A stretch of 64,000 nt of DNA from NCBI GenBank assembly GCA_963783435.1, contig CAWANQ010000004.1, forward strand, positions 148,560-212,559, in the 5' to 3' direction. How positions within the stretch are numbered: the first letter of the stretch is position 1; each line of letters begins with the position of its first letter. This document shows, piece by piece, positions 19,120 through 27,994 of the stretch. The position numbers and the translations under genes were made by a program. Under the pieces are notes generated by a model. The model saw nothing but the letters and a program-made list of their open reading frames with translations. It searched no databases and was not told the origin of the DNA. Origin of the DNA: an uncultured Bacteroidota bacterium. Lineage in GTDB: Bacteria > Bacteroidota > Bacteroidia > Bacteroidales > GCA-2748055.

Positions 19120-21855
19120 TCAGAAGTCGACATTCTCAACAGTAATGACGGTTTTATTAATGTTATCGCTATCATTTCCACCCGTTACCGGATAGCTTAC
19201 CGTTTCTCCGTCTATAGAACCTTGTATGTAATATTCAAAATCATAACCCGGATTATCCAGATTGGATTTTCATGACATGCAGTACTGCTTTCAACAGAAG
19301 TAAGCGCTGAGCTTGAGAACGAGCCGTCAGTTCCAATCTCCCGATAATACATAACCGGATTTGTTATATTGCCATTACCCAGGAATATTACATTTTGTTC
19401 AAAGGACTCATCTTCATAGATCTGCGATATTTCAGGCATGGCTCTAACTGCACTTTCCCCCTCATAGGAAGTATTCAAATCAGTAATTCCATAGCGATCT
19501 CTGCATATATTATCCCATGTAGCCTGCTGTAATTGAAGGATTACTCCTAATTCTGATATATTTCTTACGCGTTGTATTTCATGTTTCATAATTCTCCCCC
19601 AACAAGCTATCAGGCTGTCTTTCTCTACGCTGGTCATCCCATCTTTCTGCAGCTGCGCACGATGACAGGCGAATCTGCCCATTTCTATTTGTGATTGAAA
19701 AAAATGATACCAATACATATAGCGGTCTTTGTTCCCGGTACCCACAATGTCATTCTTATAGGAGCAGAACTGATTATATATATCAAAAGCTTCAGCAAAC
19801 TTGCCCGTAAATGTCGTTGGTTCACCTCTGTCCGGATCGCTTGCTCTTATTACACTTGGTGCGGGTTCCCATGTTGAGATTGTTGGTATGGCATTTGGTA
19901 CTCCTGCCATAGGAGGTTTTGGCTCTCCAGCTCTATCCATTGAAGCTAATAGGTTTCCAATCTCAACGGACTTTTCCGGTCCAAAATTAGTTTTTGCCCA
20001 ATTCTGATAAAATTCCGTTATCCATTTTACATACACTGAGTCTTGTTCCTCGGTATTTCTCTGGAAGATATCTACTTCTGGAAAATGCTTGTTCTTCATC
20101 GCAATTCATTTGAAACAATCTCCCTGTTTTCCCAAACTAATTGTGCATGAGCTGCAGATGCAGGTGCTACTGAGTTAATACGCCAATGTTTGGCTATCAG
20201 AGCCTGCACACCTCCGATATCTAATCCAGCTCCTACTTCATTCCAGATTGTTGTAACTCTAAACTGAGGTTGGATCATACCCCAATCTTCTTCATACCAG
20301 CACGAAGACCATGCCTCACGACCCGCATCAATAACCGGCTTCAATCCTTCAGCCCTGTCCCAGAGTGTGCCAAATGGAACATCCAAAGGTAAATCATCAT
20401 GAAACTCTAATGGGCCCTTTCCTTTTGGTTGTTTAGTTCCCACAGTTCCCACTCTCCATCCAAATGTGGCTAATTTGAAGGGAGTATTCATCTCATTCAT
20501 TACTTCATTGCAATATCTGTAATCATCTGCAACGGCTTCAATTTGCTGTTTTGAGAGTCTGTGACCGAGATAGGTCCAGGTTTCGTAGGTCCAAAGCCAG
20601 AAATAATCCAGAGGGTGAGTCTTCATTATACGTGTAAATACTCCCTCATATAGTGCCTTTGTGAAAGCCTCGTTTACTGAACCTCTTTCTGTTGGTAAGG
20701 TAAAGCCATGAACATCTCTCATTCTGCTTTGTACATCCGGTGGGCAAGAGTGGATCCAGTCTGTTTCAACTAAGTGCTCTGGAATTACCTGGCTCAAAGC
20801 CCATCGGAGCTTCTGTCCCAATGGCCGTTTTAACACCCAGCTGGCGGGCATGTGAAAACGCATCCTTAAACATAAATCCCACATTGTTGAAGTTTGCTGC
20901 TTTTTCTGAAGGAGTTTCGGGCTCTTTTGAACCTATTGCTTCGGAAGCAACATAATCATTGACAAATAGTTTGTCGGCCCCACTGGTAAATTCCTTTGTT
21001 GTTACAGGAGCATACCCCCATATGCCTTCATTAGGATTACCCGCATAGAAATCACCCTTACGAAAAGAACTTGCCCAGTATGATTTATAAGCAGCCTCTT
21101 CTTTAACCGTGCCATCATCATTCAAATCATTTTTATGACCTATCCAGATGGAGGGTTCCGGTCCTTCCTGTGAGCCTTTAAATCCATTCTGGTTGTAATA
21201 ATGGAGACCAAAGAAATTAAAACCCATCTTCGCCTGTTGCGTAATAAATGATTTATAATCTTCAGTATTCCACAAATCAGGTCCGGTTGGAAAATCATGA
21301 AAGGGCAGACTACCTCGCAATTCAAACAAGGGTTGTGATTTCTCATCATACCCGCTCAAGGGAATTGGATAGCTTAACTTTTGATCAGGAATAACATCTC
21401 CTGCCAGATTAAAATGACAGCCTAATAATTCTGCAAATCTATAGGCCGCATTCAGGGTGGTTATTGTATCCGCTCCTGTAATGACCAGAATATCTCTTCC
21501 ATCATTTTTATTCACCGATTTTATCAGATAGCCCTTCCTGTTATCACTATCCGGAGCATCTACATTTCCGTATTCCTGCTTAAGTTCTGTAATAATATCC
21601 CGACTATCTTCCGAAACGATGATTACATCACCTTCAGGTAAACTGGCATATTGGTCTAGCAGTAGCGATCTCCGGAGCAGTGCCTGTGCGGAGGAAAATG
21701 TATCTTCTTACTTCTTTTGCTGCCTGGATTTCGGTGATCGATCCATCGCCAGGATAAAGCACCGTTTGGGCATTTAAATCACATGCTGAGATGAAAATAA
21801 ATACCAGAAACAACTTTATTCCATTAAATGCTGAGATCCGGTTGCTTGTTTTCAT
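19120..21855 (-). pseudogene. Pseudogenised tandem paralog of the 1006-aa hydrolase-like gene
   Basis: ORF fragments 21634..21942, 20766..21515, 20096..20884 and 19212..20099, plus an unannotated tail, are colinear with ORF 13375..16395. Examples: AQTVLYPGDGS../AQTIVYPGDGS..; TTLNAAYRFAELLGCHFNLAGDVIPDQKL; THPLDYFWLWTYE; VRNISELGVILQLQQATWD. They sit in at least 4 different frames. The first shift is an extra A at ~21655-21660 (GCT-A-GAC). The gene ends VITVENVDF* at 19120 and lacks the CTD. Confidence 0.85.
19345..19423. repeat. 79-bp perfect direct repeat, right copy (inside the pseudogene)
   Basis: Identical to 16611..16689. Here it encodes IYEDESFEQNVIFLGNGNITNPVMYY of the pseudogene. 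Confidence 0.95.
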
Positions 21856-21957
21856 TGCTTTGGTCTTTACCTTTGTTAAAGCACTTTCAATTTTAAAAGA
21901 TTGGCTTGTAGCTGTATATAAAAATAGACCCAATTTCTTCAATAAGACTGAATTATC

Positions 21958-21986
21958 TTCCGGATTAATAGGAAATACTTCCAGAA
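21958..21986 (-). promoter_or_regulatory. Phased direct-repeat operator, site 3
   Basis: TTCCGGAT at 21958 and TTCCAGAA at 21979 (21-bp phase), ~103 nt upstream of the pseudogene start at 21855. Confidence 0.5.
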
Positions 21987-22110
21987 TTGCAGTTTGTGAA
22001 ATTCCAATCCTTAGGCCCTGATTCTATTCTTAACGGGAGACAATCAAGCTCATTACCAAATTGGTTTTTATTGATTTCTACCCATTAGGAATGCTATAAT
22101 AACTCCATTA

Positions 22111-22138
22111 TCCGGAAGCTTCTCCCCTTTTTACGGAA
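22111..22138 (+). promoter_or_regulatory. Phased direct-repeat operator, site 4
   Basis: TCCGGAAG at 22111 and TACGGAAG at 22132 (21-bp phase), ending 51 nt upstream of the ATG at 22189. The orientation relative to its gene is the same as for sites 1-3. Confidence 0.5.
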
Positions 22139-22188
22139 GATAATTCTGTGCTAAGGAAGGATTAAGATTTATATTTACCTGTATTAAT

Positions 22189-23499
22189 ATGCTGATACTG
22201 AAAAACAACAAGACACTTCTTATTTCTGTAGTGACAATTCAGGCTTTTCTAACACTTGCCTGCACCAGGGCAAATCCAGGCATCGAATTGGATCCCCTGG
22301 TAATTGAGGGGCTCAAAGAACTCGGTTCCATTGAAGGATTTAAACCCTATGGGGCTAATCCGGTCTTGGCCACCGGACCCGAAGGATCTTTCGATGCAGG
22401 AGCACTGGGTTCTATGACTGTAGTTCTCGTTGACAGTGTTTTTCATCTATACTACGAAACCTGGGGAGTGCGGTCCGATGCCGAATGGGATGCGGATGAA
22501 TATGAATCTTTGACCGTGGGACATGCAATATCCCACGATGCTATAAACTGGAACAAAGATCCCGAAAATCCTGTTCTTGAAAGCGGTGGAGAAGCAGACT
22601 TTGACTACACGGGCGTATGGGATCCCTACGTCTTGTATGAGGATGGGGTCTTTAAAATGTGGTATGGGGGAGGCGGTGGCAGCCAGCCTAATCTGGGATG
22701 GGCCTATGCCACCTCTACCGATGGTACACATTTCGATAAACAGGGATTGATAGGGATCGGGAATCCCACCGGAGTGGAAGATTGTCATGTGGTTTTCGAT
22801 ACTGAATCGGGCCTTTATTATATGTACTACTGGTATGGATGGGATGAACCGGAAGGGCTCTATCTGGTCACTTCACCCACCGAGACAGGATTCAATTTCA
22901 ATGAAAAAATCCCTGTCAGGATCAAGGGAGACGATTCCTACATGAAAAAATTCGGACATGTGTTACGTGACAAAATGGGTTGGCACATGTTCTACTCCAA
23001 TTTTGTTCAACCCCATTGCCCGAACAGCATCACCCGCTATGCATATTCAACAGACGGGATCCACTGGGAGGCAAAGAATAAAAGATTGGTAAAGGGGCAT
23101 GATTCGGAAGTTTTAAAAGTCAGGGATGACCTCTTCCTGATGTTCTCCAGTCCCCGGAATGGCTTCGACAGGGTGGACTGTGACATTCGCCTTGCCATTT
23201 ATAGTGGAACACTGGAAGACCTTGCCAATAAAGCACCATTCTTTGAACTGCCTCAGGAAAGCAGCTTGTCAGGAAAAAAAATCACGATCAAAATACGGGA
23301 TGAGGAAGCCCTTGCTTTTCACTTCAAAGATGAGGGAGAAGTGGTTCTCTCGGAGGATACCAACAAAGAGGATCCATATACTTTTAACGCGCTATTTATT
23401 CATAAGGGGGAGCAGGTAATAATTAGCGGAGAAGGGATCAATCTGTCCGGGACCTATAATGGTAAAACACTTATACTGCGCGACAATGATACTGATTAA
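22189..23499 (+). CDS. Beta-propeller-fold glycoside-hydrolase-like lipoprotein (GH43/GH117/GH130-like clan)
   Basis: 436 aa with a lipobox (LTLAC). Repeated blade-like motifs FHLYYETWG, VWDPYVLYEDGVFKMWYGG, WAYATSTDGTHF, YYMYYWYGW, YAYSTDGIHW. Family assignment is uncertain. Confidence 0.6.
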   Translation: MLILKNNKTLLISVVTIQAFLTLACTRANPGIELDPLVIEGLKELGSIEGFKPYGANPVLATGPEGSFDAGALGSMTVVLVDSVFHLYYETWGVRSDAEWDADEYESLTVGHAISHDAINWNKDPENPVLESGGEADFDYTGVWDPYVLYEDGVFKMWYGGGGGSQPNLGWAYATSTDGTHFDKQGLIGIGNPTGVEDCHVVFDTESGLYYMYYWYGWDEPEGLYLVTSPTETGFNFNEKIPVRIKGDDSYMKKFGHVLRDKMGWHMFYSNFVQPHCPNSITRYAYSTDGIHWEAKNKRLVKGHDSEVLKVRDDLFLMFSSPRNGFDRVDCDIRLAIYSGTLEDLANKAPFFELPQESSLSGKKITIKIRDEEALAFHFKDEGEVVLSEDTNKEDPYTFNALFIHKGEQVIISGEGINLSGTYNGKTLILRDNDTD

Positions 23500-23531
23500 C
23501 CATAGAATTTAATCCAAACTTTAATCGGAAA

Positions 23532-25691
23532 ATGAAAAAACTAAGTTTTGTATTGCTGGCCTGTTTGACAGGGATAAGTACGGTTTTTGCACAGAAACCT
23601 TTAGCTCACTGGACCTTTGATGATATTAGAGTAGAGCGGAAAACTGTTGAAATGGTCCGGGGAGAAACCTATGTGCCCAAAGAAGTATTTGCCTACGTAA
23701 AGGAATCCGTCTCCGGAAAGGAAAATGAACTGCATGGTGTATACTATAAGGCAGTGCCTGGTGTGGTTGGAAATGCAGCCCTGCTGGATGGATATACAGC
23801 CTACCTTGAATTACAGATGGGCCAGGGTAAAAACGATCAATCATCGGGGGACCACATACCCCACATTACAGAAGATTTCACCATTGAAACATGGGTCGCA
23901 CTGGGAGCCTACCCGAAAAATATATGTCCGATCCTTGATAACCGAAGAGATGAAGCAGACGGGTACTACAATGGTTACAGCATGGAAATGGATGCCATGG
24001 GGCGCCTTGTACTGAAGGTTGCCACTGAAGGCAAATATGAAATAGCCATGTCGCATGAGACCATCCCTTTGAACGAGTGGACGCATCTGGCTGCCAGCTA
24101 CTCAAAAGAAAAGGGGCGCCTGGCAGTCTATGTAAATGGAGAACTAAAGGATGAAACCTTTGCAAGAGAGGCTTTCAAGCCAACTGCACGAGACTGGCAT
24201 TTTACATCTTTGCTCATCGGCAAGAGCAGGGCAGCCATGCGGCCCTACGGAACCATCAGGCCCGAAGGTACAGAGACGTCCTTCACTTTTATTGACGGCA
24301 TCCTGGATGAACTGAAACTTTATGAAGCAGCACTTGGTGATAAGCAGGTTGCTGAGATTTACAAGAGTCAGCGAATAACTGACGAACCTGAACTTCCCAA
24401 ACGTATTCTCCCATCGGGGCCCCAGTCACCAGGAACATTCCGGGCGGTGAATACACGCCTGAAGTATTACGAAGGGTGGGATGCCCCCTGGGCGATCCAT
24501 GACAATGCAGATATCGTTGTACAATTTGATGAAACAGACTGCAAATTCGTATTCTGGCATGGAACAAGCTATATTCCCTCCTGGGTGACGGAGAATAATA
24601 TCTGGTTCAACAATGGATTTAATGAGGGCTGGAACGAACATGGAAGCTGTGAGCCCATGTCTGATAAAAAGGCGAAATATTCCAGTGTAAAGATCGTTGA
24701 AAGCAATGAGGCACGCGTGGTGGTCCAGTGGCGTTACGCGCTGGTGGATGTAACAGGTATATTCGCTTTTGAAGATCCGGTTACCGGATGGGGTGACTGG
24801 ACCAACGAGACTTTTACTATTTACCCGGATATGGTTGGAGTGCGTGAAGACCTCCTGCTGAGCAATGCGCCCAATGCAGCCCATGAATGGCAGGAGAGCA
24901 TGATGGTCCTTGCCCCGGGTCAACGCCCCTCCGAGGTTTTGAACTTTGAGGCACTTTCCCTGGCAAATATCAAGGGTGAATCAAAGACCTATTCCTGGGA
25001 GCATGAAATACCGCCCCATCTCCCGCCCTATCCTGAAGAGCCGGTGGTGCAGGTGGTCAATACAAAATCGGAATACCATCCTTTCTCAGCGCTTAGACCG
25101 CAGGATGATCCTGGGATCGATATTTACAGCGGAGAGATCCGCAGAGATGTAGATGTTTTTCCCTGGTGGAACCACTGGCCCGTGGCCCCTCGGCCAACCG
25201 ATGGACGCTATGCAATGTTCGAGGACCGTGCAGCGCATGCATCGGTGTCACATTGGCTCTGGGACCCGTACAAGGTAACGGACCGGTCCATGACGAAATT
25301 GATGCTGAACGGAATGACCAATAAACCGGTTGAAGAACTCATTCCTGTAGTAAAAGCCTGGTCAAATCCTGCCGATATCATCCTGGTTGAGAAAAGTCAC
25401 AGTGCAAGCTATACACCCGAAGAAAAGGCCTATACCATCAATCTTTCCGGTGAAGTATCCAGCCTGGATTTCACACTAAAGGGCAGCGAAGATTCACCAA
25501 TCGTGAATCCGGCCTTCGTAATTGAAAACTGGGGCAATGCAGGCCTTGAAATCATGGTGAATGGAGAAAAAATAGAGCGGGGAAAGAATTTCAGATATGG
25601 ATTGCGGGAGTCGCTCGACAATCGTGACCTGATCGTTTGGCTGCGCATGGAGTCAGAAGAGGAAGGCAAATTCTCATTGCAGAAGAAATAG
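23532..25691 (+). CDS. LamG domain fused to the recurrent uncharacterised domain (paralog P2, the fused archetype)
   Basis: 719 aa with a signal peptide. Residues ~20-280 are LamG-like (FTIETWV, VYVNGELK, IDGILDELKLY). Residues ~290-719 carry the family blocks ARVVVQWRYA, GDWTNETFTIYPD, PWWNHWPVAPRPTDGRY, NPAFVIENWG, VNGEKIERGKNFRYG. Confidence 0.85.
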   Translation: MKKLSFVLLACLTGISTVFAQKPLAHWTFDDIRVERKTVEMVRGETYVPKEVFAYVKESVSGKENELHGVYYKAVPGVVGNAALLDGYTAYLELQMGQGKNDQSSGDHIPHITEDFTIETWVALGAYPKNICPILDNRRDEADGYYNGYSMEMDAMGRLVLKVATEGKYEIAMSHETIPLNEWTHLAASYSKEKGRLAVYVNGELKDETFAREAFKPTARDWHFTSLLIGKSRAAMRPYGTIRPEGTETSFTFIDGILDELKLYEAALGDKQVAEIYKSQRITDEPELPKRILPSGPQSPGTFRAVNTRLKYYEGWDAPWAIHDNADIVVQFDETDCKFVFWHGTSYIPSWVTENNIWFNNGFNEGWNEHGSCEPMSDKKAKYSSVKIVESNEARVVVQWRYALVDVTGIFAFEDPVTGWGDWTNETFTIYPDMVGVREDLLLSNAPNAAHEWQESMMVLAPGQRPSEVLNFEALSLANIKGESKTYSWEHEIPPHLPPYPEEPVVQVVNTKSEYHPFSALRPQDDPGIDIYSGEIRRDVDVFPWWNHWPVAPRPTDGRYAMFEDRAAHASVSHWLWDPYKVTDRSMTKLMLNGMTNKPVEELIPVVKAWSNPADIILVEKSHSASYTPEEKAYTINLSGEVSSLDFTLKGSEDSPIVNPAFVIENWGNAGLEIMVNGEKIERGKNFRYGLRESLDNRDLIVWLRMESEEEGKFSLQKK

Positions 25692-25710
25692 CAAGAAGGA
25701 GTATAAAACA

Positions 25711-26400
25711 ATGATAAAGAAGATTTTTATTGCAGCACTTATGTTTGTGTTAGTAGGCAATGCAAATGCCCAAAACGATCTAAGAGATTCTCGTGATGGC
25801 AATATCTATGGTGTAGTAAAAATTGGCGAACAGGTATGGATGGCGGAAAACCTGAAATATCTACCAGGGGTAGCAGGTCCCGGAACGGGTTCAGAAACAA
25901 AACCGTATTATTATGTGTATGGCTATAACGGAACAAGTGTAAGTGACGCCAAAGCCAATGCAAATTATGCAACCTACGGCGTATTGTACAATTGGCCTGC
26001 AGCTATGAATGAAACTGCAAGCAGCACAGCCAACCCAAGCCCTGTACAGGGGGTATGTCCGAGCGGCTGGCATTTACCAAGCGATGCAGAATGGACAGCG
26101 CTTACAGATCATTTAGGCAGGCGTGTTGCCGGTGGTAAACTAAAAGAAACAGGCACGAATCACTGGGACAGCCCCAATAAAGGAGCAAGCAACAAAACCG
26201 GCTTTACAGCCCTTCCGGGTGGCTACCGTAATGAGGATGGTACTTTCGTCAGTATGGGTGAAGACTTTGACTGCTGGAGTGCTTCTGAGTACAATACCAA
26301 TAACGCCTGGTTCCGGAATATACACTTCAATGACAATGATGTGGGCAGGAACAATTACAATAAGGCAACAGGCTTTTATATTCGCTGTGTGAGGGATTAA
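25711..26400 (+). CDS. Fibrobacter-succinogenes-major-paralogous-domain (FISUMP-type) secreted protein
   Basis: 229 aa with a signal peptide. Hallmark string DSRDGNIYGVVKIGEQVWMAENLKY...YGVLYNW..CPSGWHLPSDAEWTAL...GGKLKETGTNHWDSPN..GFTALPGGYR...IRCVRD. Confidence 0.85.
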   Translation: MIKKIFIAALMFVLVGNANAQNDLRDSRDGNIYGVVKIGEQVWMAENLKYLPGVAGPGTGSETKPYYYVYGYNGTSVSDAKANANYATYGVLYNWPAAMNETASSTANPSPVQGVCPSGWHLPSDAEWTALTDHLGRRVAGGKLKETGTNHWDSPNKGASNKTGFTALPGGYRNEDGTFVSMGEDFDCWSASEYNTNNAWFRNIHFNDNDVGRNNYNKATGFYIRCVRD

Positions 26401-26422
26401 TTAAAAACCAACAAGGACTGTC

Positions 26423-27964
26423 ATGAAAAAGTTTTTTTATCTATTGATTCTGGTGATCCTGGTGGTGAATTGCACCACCAAAACCGGAGAAAAACCAGCA
26501 TATCTCGATGGGGCTTACGAACCCGAATGGAGCTCACTTGCGAACCACGAAACACCCCAGTGGTTCGAAGATGCGGTACTGGGATTTTATTGGCACTGGG
26601 GCCCGTATTCCGTGCCCGCTTTTGGTTGCTGGGGAGGAAGGAACATGTACATGCCCGATGGGGGAACTTCAGAGAATTGGGGACACATAGAAGATCAATA
26701 CGCAAATACCTACGACTATGTGAAGAAGGTATACGGTGATCCCGGCCTGGAATGGGGATACAAAGACTTTATCCCCATGTTCAAAGCCGAGAATTGGGAT
26801 CCTGACGCCTGGGCAGAATTGTTTAAAATGGCCGGGGCAGATTTTGCAGGTCCGGTGGCCATTCATCATGATGGTTTTGCCATGTGGGCCAGCGAGCACC
26901 ACGAATACAATTCTGGCGATATGGGCCCTAAGCGGGATATCACCGGGGAGATTCTTGAGGCCGTCCGTAAACAGGACATGAAAACCTTTGCATCCTTTCA
27001 TTATTACACAAATTGGTTCTACTTCAATCCCGGACGCATGCTCTGTCCGTTCAAAACCGATGTGAATGATCCGAAGTATTCAGGATTGTACGGGCCGGTG
27101 AGGGATATTAAAGATCCATGGCAAAACGAACCCATTTCTGAAGCATTCCAGGAGGAATGGTACAAATGTGTAGCAGAAGTCATCGACAAATACAGTCCCG
27201 ATCAGCTCTGGTTTGAGATCGGCTTCAGCGATCCGGATGCCATTGGCGAGAACTATGTCCAAGCAAGCCTTGCACACTACTTCAATACGGCTGAGGCACA
27301 AAACAAGGAAGTGGTGGTTACGCGCAAAGATGATGACCTTCCGCTGAATTGTTCGGTCCTGGATATTGAAGCTGGTGAACTCGATTCACCCCGCGAAGTA
27401 GTCTGGCAAACCGATATCGCCCTGGGCCATAATCACTCCTGGGCCTATTCACCCGATGCCATTTGCCGACCCGTGAACATGATCATAGATGAAATCGTGG
27501 AGAGAAAGAGTAAGAATGGAGTAACCCTATATAGCCTGGCACCACTCGCTGACGGAACCCTCCCACCCTCCCAGGTTGAAGGACTAAAGGAACTGGGAAA
27601 GTGGATGGCCATCAATAAGGAGGCATTGCATGGCGCTAAACCCCCTGTTTTTACTGATGGTGCACCCGATATTTGGAAATCTGGTACAATCCGATTCCTC
27701 GCGAAAGGGGATTTTATTTATGCTATAGAATTGGGCAATGAGATCATGGAAGTGGAAGATGCTAAGCTTTATAGAGAAAGTATCGAACCAAAAGCGCCTT
27801 TTAAGATTCCCGGGCTCAAACCTTCTGAAGGATCAGAGATTGTAATGCTGGGTAGCCAAGAGGCACTTCCCTGGCACATGGAGGAAGAGCTCCTGGTCAT
27901 CGAGAACATACCCGATCCGCTGCCCTGTGAGCACGCCTGGAGCTTCAGGGTGCGCTACAAGTAA
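26423..27964 (+). CDS. GH29 alpha-L-fucosidase
   Basis: 513 aa with a signal peptide. GH29 blocks FYWHWGPYSVPAFG, WAELFKMAGADFAGPVAIHHDGFAMWAS, GPKRDI, SPDQLWFE. Confidence 0.9.
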   Translation: MKKFFYLLILVILVVNCTTKTGEKPAYLDGAYEPEWSSLANHETPQWFEDAVLGFYWHWGPYSVPAFGCWGGRNMYMPDGGTSENWGHIEDQYANTYDYVKKVYGDPGLEWGYKDFIPMFKAENWDPDAWAELFKMAGADFAGPVAIHHDGFAMWASEHHEYNSGDMGPKRDITGEILEAVRKQDMKTFASFHYYTNWFYFNPGRMLCPFKTDVNDPKYSGLYGPVRDIKDPWQNEPISEAFQEEWYKCVAEVIDKYSPDQLWFEIGFSDPDAIGENYVQASLAHYFNTAEAQNKEVVVTRKDDDLPLNCSVLDIEAGELDSPREVVWQTDIALGHNHSWAYSPDAICRPVNMIIDEIVERKSKNGVTLYSLAPLADGTLPPSQVEGLKELGKWMAINKEALHGAKPPVFTDGAPDIWKSGTIRFLAKGDFIYAIELGNEIMEVEDAKLYRESIEPKAPFKIPGLKPSEGSEIVMLGSQEALPWHMEEELLVIENIPDPLPCEHAWSFRVRYK

Positions 27965-27994
27965 GCCCGAATACATTAGATCAAGCAAGAGGAT

